A stretch of 64,000 bases of DNA from an uncultured Gammaproteobacteria bacterium (GCA_902628335.1 CACOMO010000003.1:20792-84791); one strand, 5' to 3'. Shown: positions 11,584 to 22,403, numbered from the stretch's first letter. A program made the numbers and translations. Notes: generated by a model from the letters alone, not told the origin.

Positions 11584-13527
11584 ATGATTAGAAGTATTCT
11601 CTCATTAGTTGTATTAGTATTTTCTATTTCTAGTATTGCTGATGAGTTATCTGGTATTGATGTTAAATCATCAGTATTCACTAATTCTATTGAAGAGAGT
11701 AAATATCCTCTACATATAGTAGAAGATGAAGAGATATATGATGTAAACTCTCTTGGAGAGAACTTAGAAAACCTACCTGGAGTGTCTAATGCAGACTATG
11801 GTCCTGCTATTGGTCAACCAGTAATAAGAGGCTTAGGTGGTAGTAGAACCAAAATCATGCTCAACAATGATATGGTCAACTCTCTGAGCCATCTTAGTCC
11901 GGATCATCAAAATAATGTAAATATTCAAGAGATATCGCACATCGAAATACTACGTGGACCATCTTCGATCTTTGCAGGAAGTGGTGCAAGTGGCGGCATT
12001 ATTAATGTAGTCACTGATGTAATTTCAGGTGATAAATACGAAAATAATGTAACTAGCTATGATTACTATTCTGTTAATAATGGCTATGGTCATAATGTTA
12101 CTATGAAAAGAAATATTTTTGATACGAATATTTATTTCAACATTAATAATAAACAATTGAAAAATCATAATCTGCCACATGGTACTAAACTTGAGGATGG
12201 CCTATTTAAAGGAACTCTTGCAAATTCAGATTATAAGGATCAGAATATGATTTTTGGAATTTCTATGCCACAAACATGGGGATATCTTGGTTTTTCATTT
12301 GAAAATAATGACGGCAATTACGGTATTCCATTTCACGCTGAAGAGGAAGAAGAACACGAAGAAGAAGAGGAGCACAGAGTTCACTCTAAAATTGAATCTG
12401 AGACATATACTGTCAAAGGCACAATCAATACAATTCCAATTTTCAATTCGATGGATTTCTCTTTTGTTGACTCAAATAGTTTTATACGTGAGCATGAGGA
12501 GGATGGTAATGCATCTTTAGATAATAATATGACTGCTATTAGCGGAAAGTTTAATCTTGATAGCGGTGATTTTGAGAGAAGGATACTCGTTGAGTACTCA
12601 AGGACAAAATCTCCAATGACAAGTGCATATATCCCATCTTCAATAGCATATGATCGATCTATTGCATTCTTTCAAAGAAACTTGGGAAAGCCTTATGAGC
12701 TAGATTTCGCAGTACGATATGAGTCAAATTCTAGAGACAATCTGATTCAGAGATATGGTGATACATCTCTTAATTTAGGTTCTAGTTTACTCTATAGATT
12801 ATCTAAATCTACAAACCTATATTTAGGATATTCACACGTATCAAGAAGCCCTAACATAGCAGAGCTTTTTGCAAACGGATCGCATGGACCGACTCAAAGA
12901 TATGAACGAGGTAATAATCAGCTTTCAAGAGAAGTATCACGTGGTGCTGAAATTGGAATTACCACCGAGTACAAAGACTTTGATATAGATATGAGATTCT
13001 ATGACAATAATATCAACAACTATATCTATCTTAAAGATCGTACTACCTCAACTGGTGGCAAAACCGATGCAGACTGGAGACAAAAAGATGCAACATTTAG
13101 AGGTTATGAGTTATCTATCTCTAAGTCCTATAATATTGCCAGTGGCTTATTGCAGGCTAAATTATCGACAGATGATGTCTCAGCTGTGTTTGATGACAAC
13201 ACTTACGTGCCCAGAGCTAATCCGTCAAAAACTGTTTTGAGTCTTCAATTTGATAATCAAAATAATGAGAGTTTTACTACTGACTTAGTCTATGTTGATA
13301 GTCAGGGTGACTTTTCATCAACCGAAACTCAAACAAATTCTTATGTATGTCTTGATATGAAGTATACAAAAGGCGTGAGACTTGCTGGTAGTGATATGCA
13401 AATTACCGTGTTTGGTGAAAATCTAACAAATTCATCACAAAGAAATCATTCATCTATGGTTAAAAATGAAGTCCCATTACCAGGTGTCAGGGTGGGATTA
13501 GCACTATCTATCGATTATGACTTGTAA
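11584..13527 (+). CDS. TonB-dependent outer-membrane receptor with a Glu/His-rich loop
   Basis: Signal peptide. Plug-domain motifs (LPGVSN, PVIRGLGGSRTKIMLNN, IEILRGPSSIFAGSGASGGIINVVT). Beta-barrel-like remainder. HAEEEEEHEEEEEHRVH insert. AGGAG RBS upstream. Confidence 0.88.
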   Translation: MIRSILSLVVLVFSISSIADELSGIDVKSSVFTNSIEESKYPLHIVEDEEIYDVNSLGENLENLPGVSNADYGPAIGQPVIRGLGGSRTKIMLNNDMVNSLSHLSPDHQNNVNIQEISHIEILRGPSSIFAGSGASGGIINVVTDVISGDKYENNVTSYDYYSVNNGYGHNVTMKRNIFDTNIYFNINNKQLKNHNLPHGTKLEDGLFKGTLANSDYKDQNMIFGISMPQTWGYLGFSFENNDGNYGIPFHAEEEEEHEEEEEHRVHSKIESETYTVKGTINTIPIFNSMDFSFVDSNSFIREHEEDGNASLDNNMTAISGKFNLDSGDFERRILVEYSRTKSPMTSAYIPSSIAYDRSIAFFQRNLGKPYELDFAVRYESNSRDNLIQRYGDTSLNLGSSLLYRLSKSTNLYLGYSHVSRSPNIAELFANGSHGPTQRYERGNNQLSREVSRGAEIGITTEYKDFDIDMRFYDNNINNYIYLKDRTTSTGGKTDADWRQKDATFRGYELSISKSYNIASGLLQAKLSTDDVSAVFDDNTYVPRANPSKTVLSLQFDNQNNESFTTDLVYVDSQGDFSSTETQTNSYVCLDMKYTKGVRLAGSDMQITVFGENLTNSSQRNHSSMVKNEVPLPGVRVGLALSIDYDL

Positions 13528-13591
13528 TTTTGACATAGAAATGTGTTTTTTTATGAAAGACATAATAGATTAGTTGTACACAATGTAAGGT

Positions 13592-13640
13592 GGTATTTAT
13601 GCAAAATAGAATAATGAGAAACAATTTTTGCATTAATACC
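13592..13640. terminator. Long imperfect hairpin between convergent genes (possible bidirectional terminator)
   Basis: GGTATTTATGCAAAA (13592-13606) pairs with TTTTGCATTAATACC (13626-13640) at 14/15 positions. The loop is about 19 nt. Flanking bases extend the pairing imperfectly. Confidence 0.35.
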
Positions 13641-13693
13641 TACCTTATATTCACAGATGTTGATAGGATATTTTTAAATAATAAAAATATGTA

Positions 13694-13978
13694 TTATTTG
13701 TAATCTTCTTTGAATTTCTCTGGATCTTTATCTTTTTGATCCTCACATATTTTTATTAAAGCGTTATAGTAATCATATTCAGTTTTATTGTTGAAAGATT
13801 GAGTTAAAAATTCTCTAATTGCAGCTTCTGGTTGAGCTTCACCTGGCAACCTTTCTGCCATCAATTCATTCGTAAGAATAAACATAGAATCAGCACATGT
13901 CTCAAGTTGCTTATTATTAGTACTAGAGGTGCATCCGATCAAAATTAAGACTAGCATCGTAAGGAGTATTTTATTCAT
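13694..13978 (-). CDS. Hypothetical lipoprotein
   Basis: MNKILLTMLVLILIGC lipobox signal. The start at the internal ATG (13978) is preferred over the track start at 14005. No family recognised. Confidence 0.55.
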   Translation of the reverse strand: MNKILLTMLVLILIGCTSSTNNKQLETCADSMFILTNELMAERLPGEAQPEAAIREFLTQSFNNKTEYDYYNALIKICEDQKDKDPEKFKEDYK

Positions 13979-14025
13979 ATTTATCTCTTGAGTTTTTTTT
14001 ATCATACCACACAGTCACTATTATT

Positions 14026-14098
14026 CCTCCCCACCCGGACTCGAACCAGGAACTAAACCTTAGGAGGGTCTTGTTATATCCAGTTTAACTATGGGGAG
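14026..14098 (-). tRNA. tRNA-Arg (anticodon CCT)
   Basis: Hand-folded 73-nt cloverleaf: CTCCCCA TA GTTA AACTGGATA TAAC A AGACC CTCCTAA GGTTT AGTT CCTGG TTCGAGT CCGGG TGGGGAG G. No encoded CCA. Confidence 0.75.
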
Positions 14099-14144
14099 AA
14101 TACATAAAATTGTATATAAAAAACTTATGATGTACTATGTTTTT

Positions 14145-14795
14145 ATGATTATCCTTGCAATTGACTCCTCTAGTAAAGATTTGTCTTTATCATTAAGATC
14201 TGAGAAAGGTATAGAAACAAAAATATATCAGAAAGATGGCAAACACAGTGAAATATTTCTTCAAGCACTTAACGACCTGCTAGATACAAACAATATGCAG
14301 GCATCAGACTTATCAGGTATACTATTTAATAAAGGTCCTGCTAGTTTTACTGGTACTAGAGTCGCAGCTTCGTCACTTCAAGCAATTGGATACACTTTAA
14401 ACATACCAATAGTGGGTATCTCATCTTTAGAGGTAATGGCTTATGTATATTCATCAGATTCTAATATGACTAGGTTTGAGTGTGCCAAGTACGCTTATGG
14501 TGATAGATATTTTACTGCTTCATTCGAAAAATCAAAAAAGTTATATCAAATCAAAGACACATTACTATCTGATATTAAAATGATAAACATATCACATAAT
14601 GAGCACCTCGTTTTAAATACTGAACTTTCTAAATACATCGAGAGAAAATGTATACCTATAACATACGATCACACAATTTTATCACGAGAGACAAATAGTG
14701 AGGATTTAATATCTTTTGCAGAAAAGTATATAAATCTTGGCAGTGAATTCAAACTTTCTGATACACTGCCTGATTATGCAAATCACGAAATTTAG
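14145..14795 (+). CDS. tsaB: tRNA threonylcarbamoyladenosine biosynthesis protein TsaB
   Basis: MIILAIDSSSKDLSLSL start typical of TsaB, then GPASFTGTRV. The track start (14091) would overlap tRNA-Arg, so the start was moved to the ATG at 14145. Confidence 0.85.
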   Translation: MIILAIDSSSKDLSLSLRSEKGIETKIYQKDGKHSEIFLQALNDLLDTNNMQASDLSGILFNKGPASFTGTRVAASSLQAIGYTLNIPIVGISSLEVMAYVYSSDSNMTRFECAKYAYGDRYFTASFEKSKKLYQIKDTLLSDIKMINISHNEHLVLNTELSKYIERKCIPITYDHTILSRETNSEDLISFAEKYINLGSEFKLSDTLPDYANHEI

Positions 14796-15659
14796 CTAAG
14801 ATAAGTTCCCTATCTTCTGGCCAACTCTAATTTTTTGACCTTTTTTGATAGATGATAAAAGCTCAACATTCTTATCGAATAACATAATTACTGTTGATCC
14901 GCTTTTGAACATCCCAAGCTCTTCTCCTTTATCTAAAATTATTTTCTTTTTACTATAATTAGTTGATATTGTTTTCTTCGGATATGGAGGAGAAACCTCT
15001 CCTTTCCATTTTACCTCTATTGACGATACGTTTATGGCAGCAATAAATATTACAGCAAATGTAAGATCATCATTTTTAAATATACAGGATAAACGCTCGT
15101 TCCTTGCGTAAAGATTATGAATTTTATTTACAGCATGCTTTGCGACACTGAATAATCTACCAGGTATGTGTGACGTGCTAGTTAGTTTGCCATTATATGG
15201 CATGTGTACTCTGTGATAGTCTCTTGGTGATAGATAAATTGTTAGAAATGAACCATCCATGAAAAAATCATTTAGCTTTTTATCATGTGTGAGATCATTT
15301 ATCGATATTTTTTTACCTTTGACTTGAAGTATTGTATTGTCATCGATATTTCCATATTGAGTAATTGTTCCGTCGCAAGTTGAAACAATTGAATTTTTTG
15401 TTTTATCAATTTTATGGATACCTGGTTTTAGCTTTCTAGTAAAAAAGTCGCAAAAAGTTTGATAGTCTTTTGGTGACTCATAAACGCATTCACTCATATT
15501 TACTCTAAACAAACTAACATATAACTTGATCAGGCTCGGCACAAAAGGGTTTTTTGTTCTGGTAATAATATAAGTTAATCTAGAAATAACATAATGAGGC
15601 AATAAAAAAAGCCAATATGCTTTTATGGACTCTAAAATGTTCCTCGATAAATTTTTCAT
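14796..15659 (-). CDS. psd: Phosphatidylserine decarboxylase proenzyme
   Basis: YHRVHMP motif and a self-cleavage G-S-T site (FKSGSTVIMLF). 287 aa. Confidence 0.92.
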   Translation of the reverse strand: MKNLSRNILESIKAYWLFLLPHYVISRLTYIITRTKNPFVPSLIKLYVSLFRVNMSECVYESPKDYQTFCDFFTRKLKPGIHKIDKTKNSIVSTCDGTITQYGNIDDNTILQVKGKKISINDLTHDKKLNDFFMDGSFLTIYLSPRDYHRVHMPYNGKLTSTSHIPGRLFSVAKHAVNKIHNLYARNERLSCIFKNDDLTFAVIFIAAINVSSIEVKWKGEVSPPYPKKTISTNYSKKKIILDKGEELGMFKSGSTVIMLFDKNVELLSSIKKGQKIRVGQKIGNLS

Positions 15660-15662
15660 CGA

Positions 15663-16253
15663 TTAATAATCATTTACTATATCTTCAAAGATATTATTAG
15701 CATCCACAGGTGATGTATACAATCCTATCAATTTTGAGTGTTCATTTACTAGAAATATTGCGCTTGTGTGATCAAAAAACTTTACATTATTCTCTGAAGA
15801 AATTTCTTTATAATAAACCCCAACTCTTTTCGTAAGTTCTTTCAGCTCTGCATCCTTGGGGGCTATCCCTACAAATCTAGTATCAAAGTATTCTACATAC
15901 TTTTTTATTTTTGCTATATCATCAGATGTATCAACAGAAATAAATAGCATTCGAATATCTTTTCTGATTTTAGCATTTTCTAATTTTCTGAATATTTGTC
16001 TTATTTTCATAAGAGTGTCTGGACAATAATCTGGACAATTAGTATACCCGAAGAAAACAAGTGTGTGAGCTCCTTGTAAGTTTTCATTATTAAAATTTGG
16101 ATCATCTGTAGAAATGTAATTTGATTTATCAGGGAAAAACGATCTCTCAGATCCTAGTTTCGTGTAGTGTGGAGTGTAGTCAGCATTAATCATCATTAAT
16201 CCCTGGAGTCCAAGGATCACAATAATTATTAGAAATACATACTTTATTTTCAT
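15663..16253 (-). CDS. SCO1/SenC family copper chaperone
   Basis: Signal/TM segment. FFGYTNCPDYCP CxxxC motif and a downstream conserved His (FDHTSAIFLV). Confidence 0.85.
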   Translation of the reverse strand: MKIKYVFLIIIVILGLQGLMMINADYTPHYTKLGSERSFFPDKSNYISTDDPNFNNENLQGAHTLVFFGYTNCPDYCPDTLMKIRQIFRKLENAKIRKDIRMLFISVDTSDDIAKIKKYVEYFDTRFVGIAPKDAELKELTKRVGVYYKEISSENNVKFFDHTSAIFLVNEHSKLIGLYTSPVDANNIFEDIVNDY

Positions 16254-16353
16254 AATCCTCTTCTAATTTTTATTATTCTCTGATTTGTACTATAATAATA
16301 TACTGGTAAATATATGATATTTATGTTCAATTTGCTAATAATTTAGGTCTTTT

Positions 16354-17412
16354 ATGTCAGGTAATACATTTGGTAAAATATTTTCGTTAACAACTTATGG
16401 TGAAAGTCATGGTAAAGCTATTGGATGCGTGATTGATGGTTGTCCACCTGGATTAAAGTTAGATGAGAGCGATATACAAAAAGATCTAAATAGAAGAAAA
16501 CCTGGTCAATCTAAGTATACAACACAGAGGAAGGAAGATGACAAAGTTGAGATCCTATCAGGTGTATTCGCTGGCATGACGACGGGTACTCCTATTAGTC
16601 TGATTGTATTTAATCAAGATCAAAGAACAAAGGATTATTCCGAAATTAAAGATAAGTTTAGACCAGGTCACGCGGATTTCACATATCAAAAAAAATATGG
16701 TATCAGAGATTTTCGTGGTGCTGGTAGATCATCAGCCCGTGAGACACTAGCAAGGGTTGCAGCCGGCGCTATTGCAAAAAAATATCTACTTAAAAATTGT
16801 AAGATGAAAATATATGGTTTTGTGTCTCAACTAGGTGAATTGATCCCTAGTAAATTTCAGAAATCAGAGATTGAGAAAAATCCATTCTTTTTCCCTGATA
16901 AATCTATGCTAGATGATCTAAAAAAATATCTTAATCACATAAGAAAATCTGGCGATTCTATTGGCGCAAAAGTTTCTGTGATTGCAGAGAATGTACCGAT
17001 CGGACTCGGTGATCCCGTTTTTGACAAAGTAGATGCTCTAATTGCCCAAGCCATGATGTCGATCAATGCTGTTAAAGGAGTTGGGATTGGTGATGGATTT
17101 TCAGTAGTTACTCAGAGGGGCTCTGAAGCAAGAGATGAGTTAACACCAAAAGGTTTTTTAAGTAATCATTCAGGTGGTACCTTGGGTGGCATCACATCAG
17201 GGCAAGATTTACACGTAGACCTTGCACTTAAGCCAACATCTAGTATTCTTGTACCCGGAAAAACGGTAGATAAAAAAAATAAAGCGACTACAATACGTAC
17301 CAAGGGCAGACATGATCCCTGTGTGGGAATACGAGCAGTTCCTATTGCAGAGGCAATGTTAGCTAATGTTTTAATGGATCTTTATTTGAGAAATAAAGCT
17401 CAAAACAATTAG
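16354..17412 (+). CDS. aroC: Chorismate synthase
   Basis: [18 protein letters not shown]..., [15 protein letters not shown] signatures. 352 aa. Confidence 0.95.
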   Translation: MSGNTFGKIFSLTTYGESHGKAIGCVIDGCPPGLKLDESDIQKDLNRRKPGQSKYTTQRKEDDKVEILSGVFAGMTTGTPISLIVFNQDQRTKDYSEIKDKFRPGHADFTYQKKYGIRDFRGAGRSSARETLARVAAGAIAKKYLLKNCKMKIYGFVSQLGELIPSKFQKSEIEKNPFFFPDKSMLDDLKKYLNHIRKSGDSIGAKVSVIAENVPIGLGDPVFDKVDALIAQAMMSINAVKGVGIGDGFSVVTQRGSEARDELTPKGFLSNHSGGTLGGITSGQDLHVDLALKPTSSILVPGKTVDKKNKATTIRTKGRHDPCVGIRAVPIAEAMLANVLMDLYLRNKAQNN

Positions 17413-17420
17413 GTATAGTT

Positions 17421-18821
17421 ATGGGCAAAACACTTTATGACAAAATCTGGGATGAGCATCAGATTATAGTTAATTCTGATGACTCCTCTTTAATATATAT
17501 TGATCGACATTTAGTTCACGAGGTAACTTCTCCGCAAGCATTTGAGGGTCTCAAATTAGATCAGAGAGAGATATGGAATAAAGATTCGATTTATGCAGTA
17601 TCAGATCATAATGTCCCTACTAGTGCTAGAAATCATGGTATTGAAGATAAGATTTCAAAACTGCAAGTAGATACACTTGTAAAGAATTGTAAAGAGAACA
17701 ATATTACTTATTTTGATTTAAATGACGTAAATCAGGGGATTGTTCATGTCATAGGTCCTGAGTTAGGAATCACACAGCCAGGGATGACTCTTGTATGTGG
17801 AGATTCTCATACTTCAACTCATGGTGCATTAGCAGCACTAGCTTTCGGTATAGGTACAAGTGACGTTGAGCATGTTCTAGCTACACAATGTATCAATGTA
17901 AAGAAAGCCAAAAATATGAAAATAAGTATAAAGAATAATCTTCGAGAATTTGTTACGCCTAAAGATGTAATATTATATGTGATAAAAAAAATAGGAACAT
18001 CCGGTGGAACAGCTCATACAATTGAATTCACTGGTGAGTGCATAAGCGAGATGAGTATTGAGGGTCGCATGACAATTTGTAATATGAGTATCGAAGCAGG
18101 GGCTAAATCCGGTTTGGTCGCATTTGATGACAAGACATTTAATTATGTTATTAATAGAAAACATACTCCTCCAAAAAAATATATTGAAAATGCCACAAAA
18201 TATTGGGAGACACTTAGAAGTGATAATGATGCCTCTTTCGATTCGGTTCATGAATTTGATGCTGATTTGATAGTTCCGCAGGTAAGTTGGGGTACATCTC
18301 CAGAGATGACTGTAGATGTAACAGGGAATATTCCAGATCCCTCAAAAATACAAGACCCTAAGAAAAGAGACTCGATAGCAAGAGCACTTAAGTACATGGG
18401 CTTAGAACCTAATCAATCTATTAATTCAATCACCTTAGATAAAGTTTTTATCGGTTCTTGCACAAACTCGAGAATTGAAGATTTGAGAGCAGCTGCATCA
18501 ATACTAGAAGGCAAGAAAGTCGCGAATTCTATTAAACAGGCAATGGTAGTTCCCGGATCTGGACATGTAAAAATACAAGCCGAAAAAGAGGGATTAGATA
18601 GAATTTTTATTGACTCAGGATTTGAGTGGAGAGAGCCTGGTTGCTCGATGTGTTTGGGCATGAATGATGATAGCCTATCTCCCTACGAAAGATGCGCATC
18701 AACTTCTAATAGAAATTTTGAGGGTAGACAAGGAGATAGAGGAAGGACACATTTGGTCAGTCCAGCAATGGCTGCAATAGCGGCAGTAAAAGGGCATTTT
18801 TGTGATATTACTGATCTATAA
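17421..18821 (+). CDS. leuC: 3-isopropylmalate dehydratase large subunit
   Basis: TLYDKIWD..H start, VCGDSHT, and the Fe-S Cys cluster region GSCTNSR...GCSMCLGMN. 466 aa. Confidence 0.95.
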   Translation: MGKTLYDKIWDEHQIIVNSDDSSLIYIDRHLVHEVTSPQAFEGLKLDQREIWNKDSIYAVSDHNVPTSARNHGIEDKISKLQVDTLVKNCKENNITYFDLNDVNQGIVHVIGPELGITQPGMTLVCGDSHTSTHGALAALAFGIGTSDVEHVLATQCINVKKAKNMKISIKNNLREFVTPKDVILYVIKKIGTSGGTAHTIEFTGECISEMSIEGRMTICNMSIEAGAKSGLVAFDDKTFNYVINRKHTPPKKYIENATKYWETLRSDNDASFDSVHEFDADLIVPQVSWGTSPEMTVDVTGNIPDPSKIQDPKKRDSIARALKYMGLEPNQSINSITLDKVFIGSCTNSRIEDLRAAASILEGKKVANSIKQAMVVPGSGHVKIQAEKEGLDRIFIDSGFEWREPGCSMCLGMNDDSLSPYERCASTSNRNFEGRQGDRGRTHLVSPAMAAIAAVKGHFCDITDL

Positions 18822-19459
18822 TGAAGAATAAGATTATATCGGGTCAGGTAATACCAATAAATCAAGCTAATATAGATACAGATGCGATAATACCTAAGCA
18901 GTATCTCAAGTCCATTAACAAATCGGGCTTCGGTAAGTTTCTTTTTGATTCACTTCGTTATTCCAAACCTGGGACATTGGATGATCATGAAGATAGAGAG
19001 CCCAATATGGACTTTATCCTTAATAAAGAACCTTTCAATACAGGAAAAATATTGATCGCGAATGATAATTTTGGATGTGGATCGTCGAGAGAGCACGCTG
19101 TTTGGGCAATAAAAGATTTTGGTATAGAAGCTATAATCTCTACTTCTTTTGCAGATATATTTAGCAGAAATAGTTATAAAAATGGTATTTTATTGATAAC
19201 AATAAATAAAGATATATTAGAAAAATTATTTGAAGAAATTATAAATAGTAGTGACTACATATTAACAATTGATGTTTTAAACCAGTCACTAACTGGTCCG
19301 AATAATCTGGCTGTAAGATTTGAAATTAACGAATCAGATAAAGAGCGTATAATACATGGGTATGACGATATCGCTATTACGTTAAAAAAGAAAAATCAAA
19401 TAATTGAATACGAGCAAAAAATGAAAAAGAACAAACCTTGGTTATTTAGTGATGAATAA
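18821..19459 (+). CDS. leuD: 3-isopropylmalate dehydratase small subunit
   Basis: NIDTDAIIPKQYLK and NFGCGSSREHAVWA motifs. Follows leuC. Confidence 0.95.
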   Translation: MKNKIISGQVIPINQANIDTDAIIPKQYLKSINKSGFGKFLFDSLRYSKPGTLDDHEDREPNMDFILNKEPFNTGKILIANDNFGCGSSREHAVWAIKDFGIEAIISTSFADIFSRNSYKNGILLITINKDILEKLFEEIINSSDYILTIDVLNQSLTGPNNLAVRFEINESDKERIIHGYDDIAITLKKKNQIIEYEQKMKKNKPWLFSDE

Positions 19460-20528
19460 CAAAATACTTTTACTTCCTGGTGACGGTGTTGGGCCAGAAA
19501 TTATGTCTGAGGCTGTCAAATTGCTCGATTATCTTATTGATAGTAAAGTTATTGACATTAGATATGAATTTTCAGATATTGGTGGCATTGCAATAGATAA
19601 TCATGGTAATCCTTTTCCAGATGTCACTTTTGAGAAAGCAAAATCATCTCATGCCATACTTCTTGGTGCTGTCGGGACCAAAAAACATGAGAAAAATGCA
19701 AATAAAATGAAACCCGAATCAGGTTTACTTGCATTGAGGAAGACCCTTGATCTATATATTAACTTAAGACCAATTTTTATTTTTAAAAGTTTGATCGATA
19801 AGTCTTCATTAAAACCAGATATCATAAAAGACATTGATCTAGTAATTGTTAGAGAGCTAGTCAGTGATATTTATTTTGGAGAACCAAGAGGTTTCTCTGA
19901 AGACAATAAATCAGCTTTTAATACTATGAGATATACAGAGTCTGAAATCATGAGAATTACTGAGTACGCGATCAAATTGAGCAACAAACGAAAAGGTAGA
20001 ATAACGTCTGTTGATAAAGCAAATGTTCTTGAAACATCTCAATTATGGAGAAAATGTGTAGATGACGTTGCAAGTAAGCATCCTAGAGTTTCTGTAAATC
20101 ATATGTATATAGACAACGCAGCTATGCAATTAATCCACTCACCAAATCAGTTTGATGTCATTTTAACTGGTAATCTTTTTGGTGACATTTTATCTGATGA
20201 AGCGTCTATGTTGACAGGTTCGATAGGCATGTTGCCATCTGCGTCTTTGTCTGACAATCATGGTGTTTATGAACCCATTCACGGGTCTGCTCCTGATATT
20301 GCGGGAAAAAATTTAGTTAATCCAATTGCTATGGTATTATCCATGGGAATGATGTTTGAATATAGCTTTGACCGCAAGGATTTGGCAGATACGCTTAAAT
20401 CTGTAGTTAGCAATGTGCTTAATTTAGGCAAATTCACTAGAGATTTATCACGTTCTGAAGACTATGTGACAACTTCAGAAATGGGTGATTTGTTACTTGA
20501 TGAGTTGGTGAAAAATGTCAAAAAGTAG
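19452..20528 (+). CDS. leuB: 3-isopropylmalate dehydrogenase
   Basis: LLPGDGVGPEI, NLFGDILSDEASMLTGSIGMLPSAS, HGSAPDIAGK motifs. An ATG lies 3 nt inside the track's GTG start. Confidence 0.95.
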   Translation: MNNKILLLPGDGVGPEIMSEAVKLLDYLIDSKVIDIRYEFSDIGGIAIDNHGNPFPDVTFEKAKSSHAILLGAVGTKKHEKNANKMKPESGLLALRKTLDLYINLRPIFIFKSLIDKSSLKPDIIKDIDLVIVRELVSDIYFGEPRGFSEDNKSAFNTMRYTESEIMRITEYAIKLSNKRKGRITSVDKANVLETSQLWRKCVDDVASKHPRVSVNHMYIDNAAMQLIHSPNQFDVILTGNLFGDILSDEASMLTGSIGMLPSASLSDNHGVYEPIHGSAPDIAGKNLVNPIAMVLSMGMMFEYSFDRKDLADTLKSVVSNVLNLGKFTRDLSRSEDYVTTSEMGDLLLDELVKNVKK

Positions 20529-21546
20529 AGAAAAATACAATATTGCAATCATTGGGGCAACCGGCATAGTTGGAGAATCATTTTTAGATATTCTTGTGTC
20601 GAGAAATTTTCCACTAGGTGATGTTTATGCTGTAGCAAGCGATAGATCAGCCGGAAAAACTGTAAGATTCGGAAAAGAAATCCTTGAAATTATCGATATA
20701 GCCTCTTTTAATTTTTCAAAAGTAGATATAGCATTTTTCTCTGCTGGTAGTGATGTTTCAGCAATGTATGCAAAAGAGGCGGCAAAGTCAGGCACAGTGG
20801 TAATCGATAACACATCTTATTTTCGATATGATGATGAAGTACCTTTGATCGTTCCAGAGGTTAATCCAGAGGCAATTGCTGGTTATTCTAAAACAAACAT
20901 TATTGCGAACCCAAATTGTTCAACTATTCAGATGTTAGTTGCTCTAAAGCCTATACATGATCTATTCAATATACGAAAAATTATCGTTTCAACTTATCAG
21001 GCAGTCTCAGGATCTGGAAAGAGTGGGATAAACGAATTGTTAGCACAAACGCATTCTTACATGAATCAACAAGAGGTTGAAGTAAATGCATATCCAAAAC
21101 AAATAGCGTTCAATGTCATACCATTTGTCGATAGTTTTAACGATAATGGTTATACAAAAGAAGAGATGAAGATGGTATGGGAGACACATAAAATTTTGGA
21201 TGAAAATATAAATGTTAACGCTACGGCGGTGAGAGTACCGGTCATAACAGGACACTCAGAATCAATAACTATCGAAACTAAAAAACCTGTTGATATAGAC
21301 TTACTAAAAAATAGATTTCGTGCACTGGAATATATCAAACTATTGGATGATCCATCAAAGAATGAGTACCCAACTGCCGTCACTGATGGCTCTGGTACAG
21401 ACCATGTTTATGTTGGTAGAATAAGAAAAGATCTTGAGAATGATAATATTTTGAACATTTGGGTAGTTGCTGATAATGTAAGAAAAGGAGCCGCACTTAA
21501 TAGCATTCAAATTGCAGAGTTACTAATTAAGGGAGACTATTTATGA
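20515..21546 (+). CDS. asd: Aspartate-semialdehyde dehydrogenase
   Basis: IIGATGIVG Rossmann motif, active-site NPNCSTI, SGSGK. 343 aa. Confidence 0.93.
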   Translation: MSKSREKYNIAIIGATGIVGESFLDILVSRNFPLGDVYAVASDRSAGKTVRFGKEILEIIDIASFNFSKVDIAFFSAGSDVSAMYAKEAAKSGTVVIDNTSYFRYDDEVPLIVPEVNPEAIAGYSKTNIIANPNCSTIQMLVALKPIHDLFNIRKIIVSTYQAVSGSGKSGINELLAQTHSYMNQQEVEVNAYPKQIAFNVIPFVDSFNDNGYTKEEMKMVWETHKILDENINVNATAVRVPVITGHSESITIETKKPVDIDLLKNRFRALEYIKLLDDPSKNEYPTAVTDGSGTDHVYVGRIRKDLENDNILNIWVVADNVRKGAALNSIQIAELLIKGDYL

Positions 21547-22403
21547 AGCAAGTCATTATCATATTTTTTGTGTTGCTCTTGATAATTATAGGTCTAGAAG
21601 TAAATAATATTATACCTTCCATAATTTTGCCTAGTTTAATTGCGATACATGATTCAATAAAAGCAAACCCATATATTCTAGTTTTTATTACTAATATAAA
21701 GTCTTTTATCACTAATTTTGAGATAAAACCTTATTTAGATGCACTTGATGCTACGTTAATTAGTATTTATGACTATGTTAAATCATTACCGTGGGAAAAG
21801 ATAAATATATGGTACATATTAGGTATTATTTTCGTTATTGGTGTTCTTAGTGAGAAATTTAGAACACTATCTAACGAAATGAAATTGATCAATCAAAAAT
21901 TATCAAAAATTAAACGTGAAATTGTATCTGATAATAATGACATCAATGCTGATTCTAAAGTTAACATTACAGATAACTTACATGAAGATGCATTAAATAT
22001 CATAAACCTATTAACTGACATAAAAAAAACTACAGATAATCTTAAATCGACCGAACTTAGAAGTAAAAAGCTTAGGAGGGAAGTTGCACTAATGGGTACC
22101 CCAAATGATTCGGAGACTTCCAGAATAATTGATCAACAAAGTGAGCCTGTGGATAGCACAATAATACAAGAGCGTGACTATGAAGAACAACCACTATCGG
22201 ATTCACCTAGTAGGAGCGAGAGTGATGAAAATGATGAATTAGACATATCTACAGATGATATTTCTCACTTAGATTTGGCCAGGACTTACATAGAAGCCGA
22301 TGAGATAGATAAGGCAGAGAATATTATTAAAAAAGTAGTGCAAACTGGAACTGAGCATGAGAAACATGAGGCTAAGCTTCTTTTCATGCAACTAAGGAAA
22401 TGA
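21543..22403 (+). CDS. FimV-like membrane protein (minimal, with the FimV C-terminal motif)
   Basis: N-terminal TM segments and an acidic linker. The C-terminal LDLARTYIEADEIDKAENIIKKVV...HEAKLLFMQL matches the FimV C-terminal domain. asd-fimV-truA synteny. Confidence 0.65.
   Translation: MKQVIIIFFVLLLIIIGLEVNNIIPSIILPSLIAIHDSIKANPYILVFITNIKSFITNFEIKPYLDALDATLISIYDYVKSLPWEKINIWYILGIIFVIGVLSEKFRTLSNEMKLINQKLSKIKREIVSDNNDINADSKVNITDNLHEDALNIINLLTDIKKTTDNLKSTELRSKKLRREVALMGTPNDSETSRIIDQQSEPVDSTIIQERDYEEQPLSDSPSRSESDENDELDISTDDISHLDLARTYIEADEIDKAENIIKKVVQTGTEHEKHEAKLLFMQLRK

Noticed and set aside
12254-13240. Same-strand out-of-frame ORFs 12254-12520 and 13001-13240
   Set aside because: Both are embedded in the TonB-dependent receptor gene, whose frame carries the conserved plug and barrel motifs. 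The alternative frames give implausible basic or hydrophobic peptides.
14091-14144. N-terminal extension of tsaB in the track (start at 14091)
   Set aside because: The extension overlaps the 5' end of tRNA-Arg (14026-14098) and has no TsaB homology. The conserved MIILAIDSS start at 14145 is used instead.
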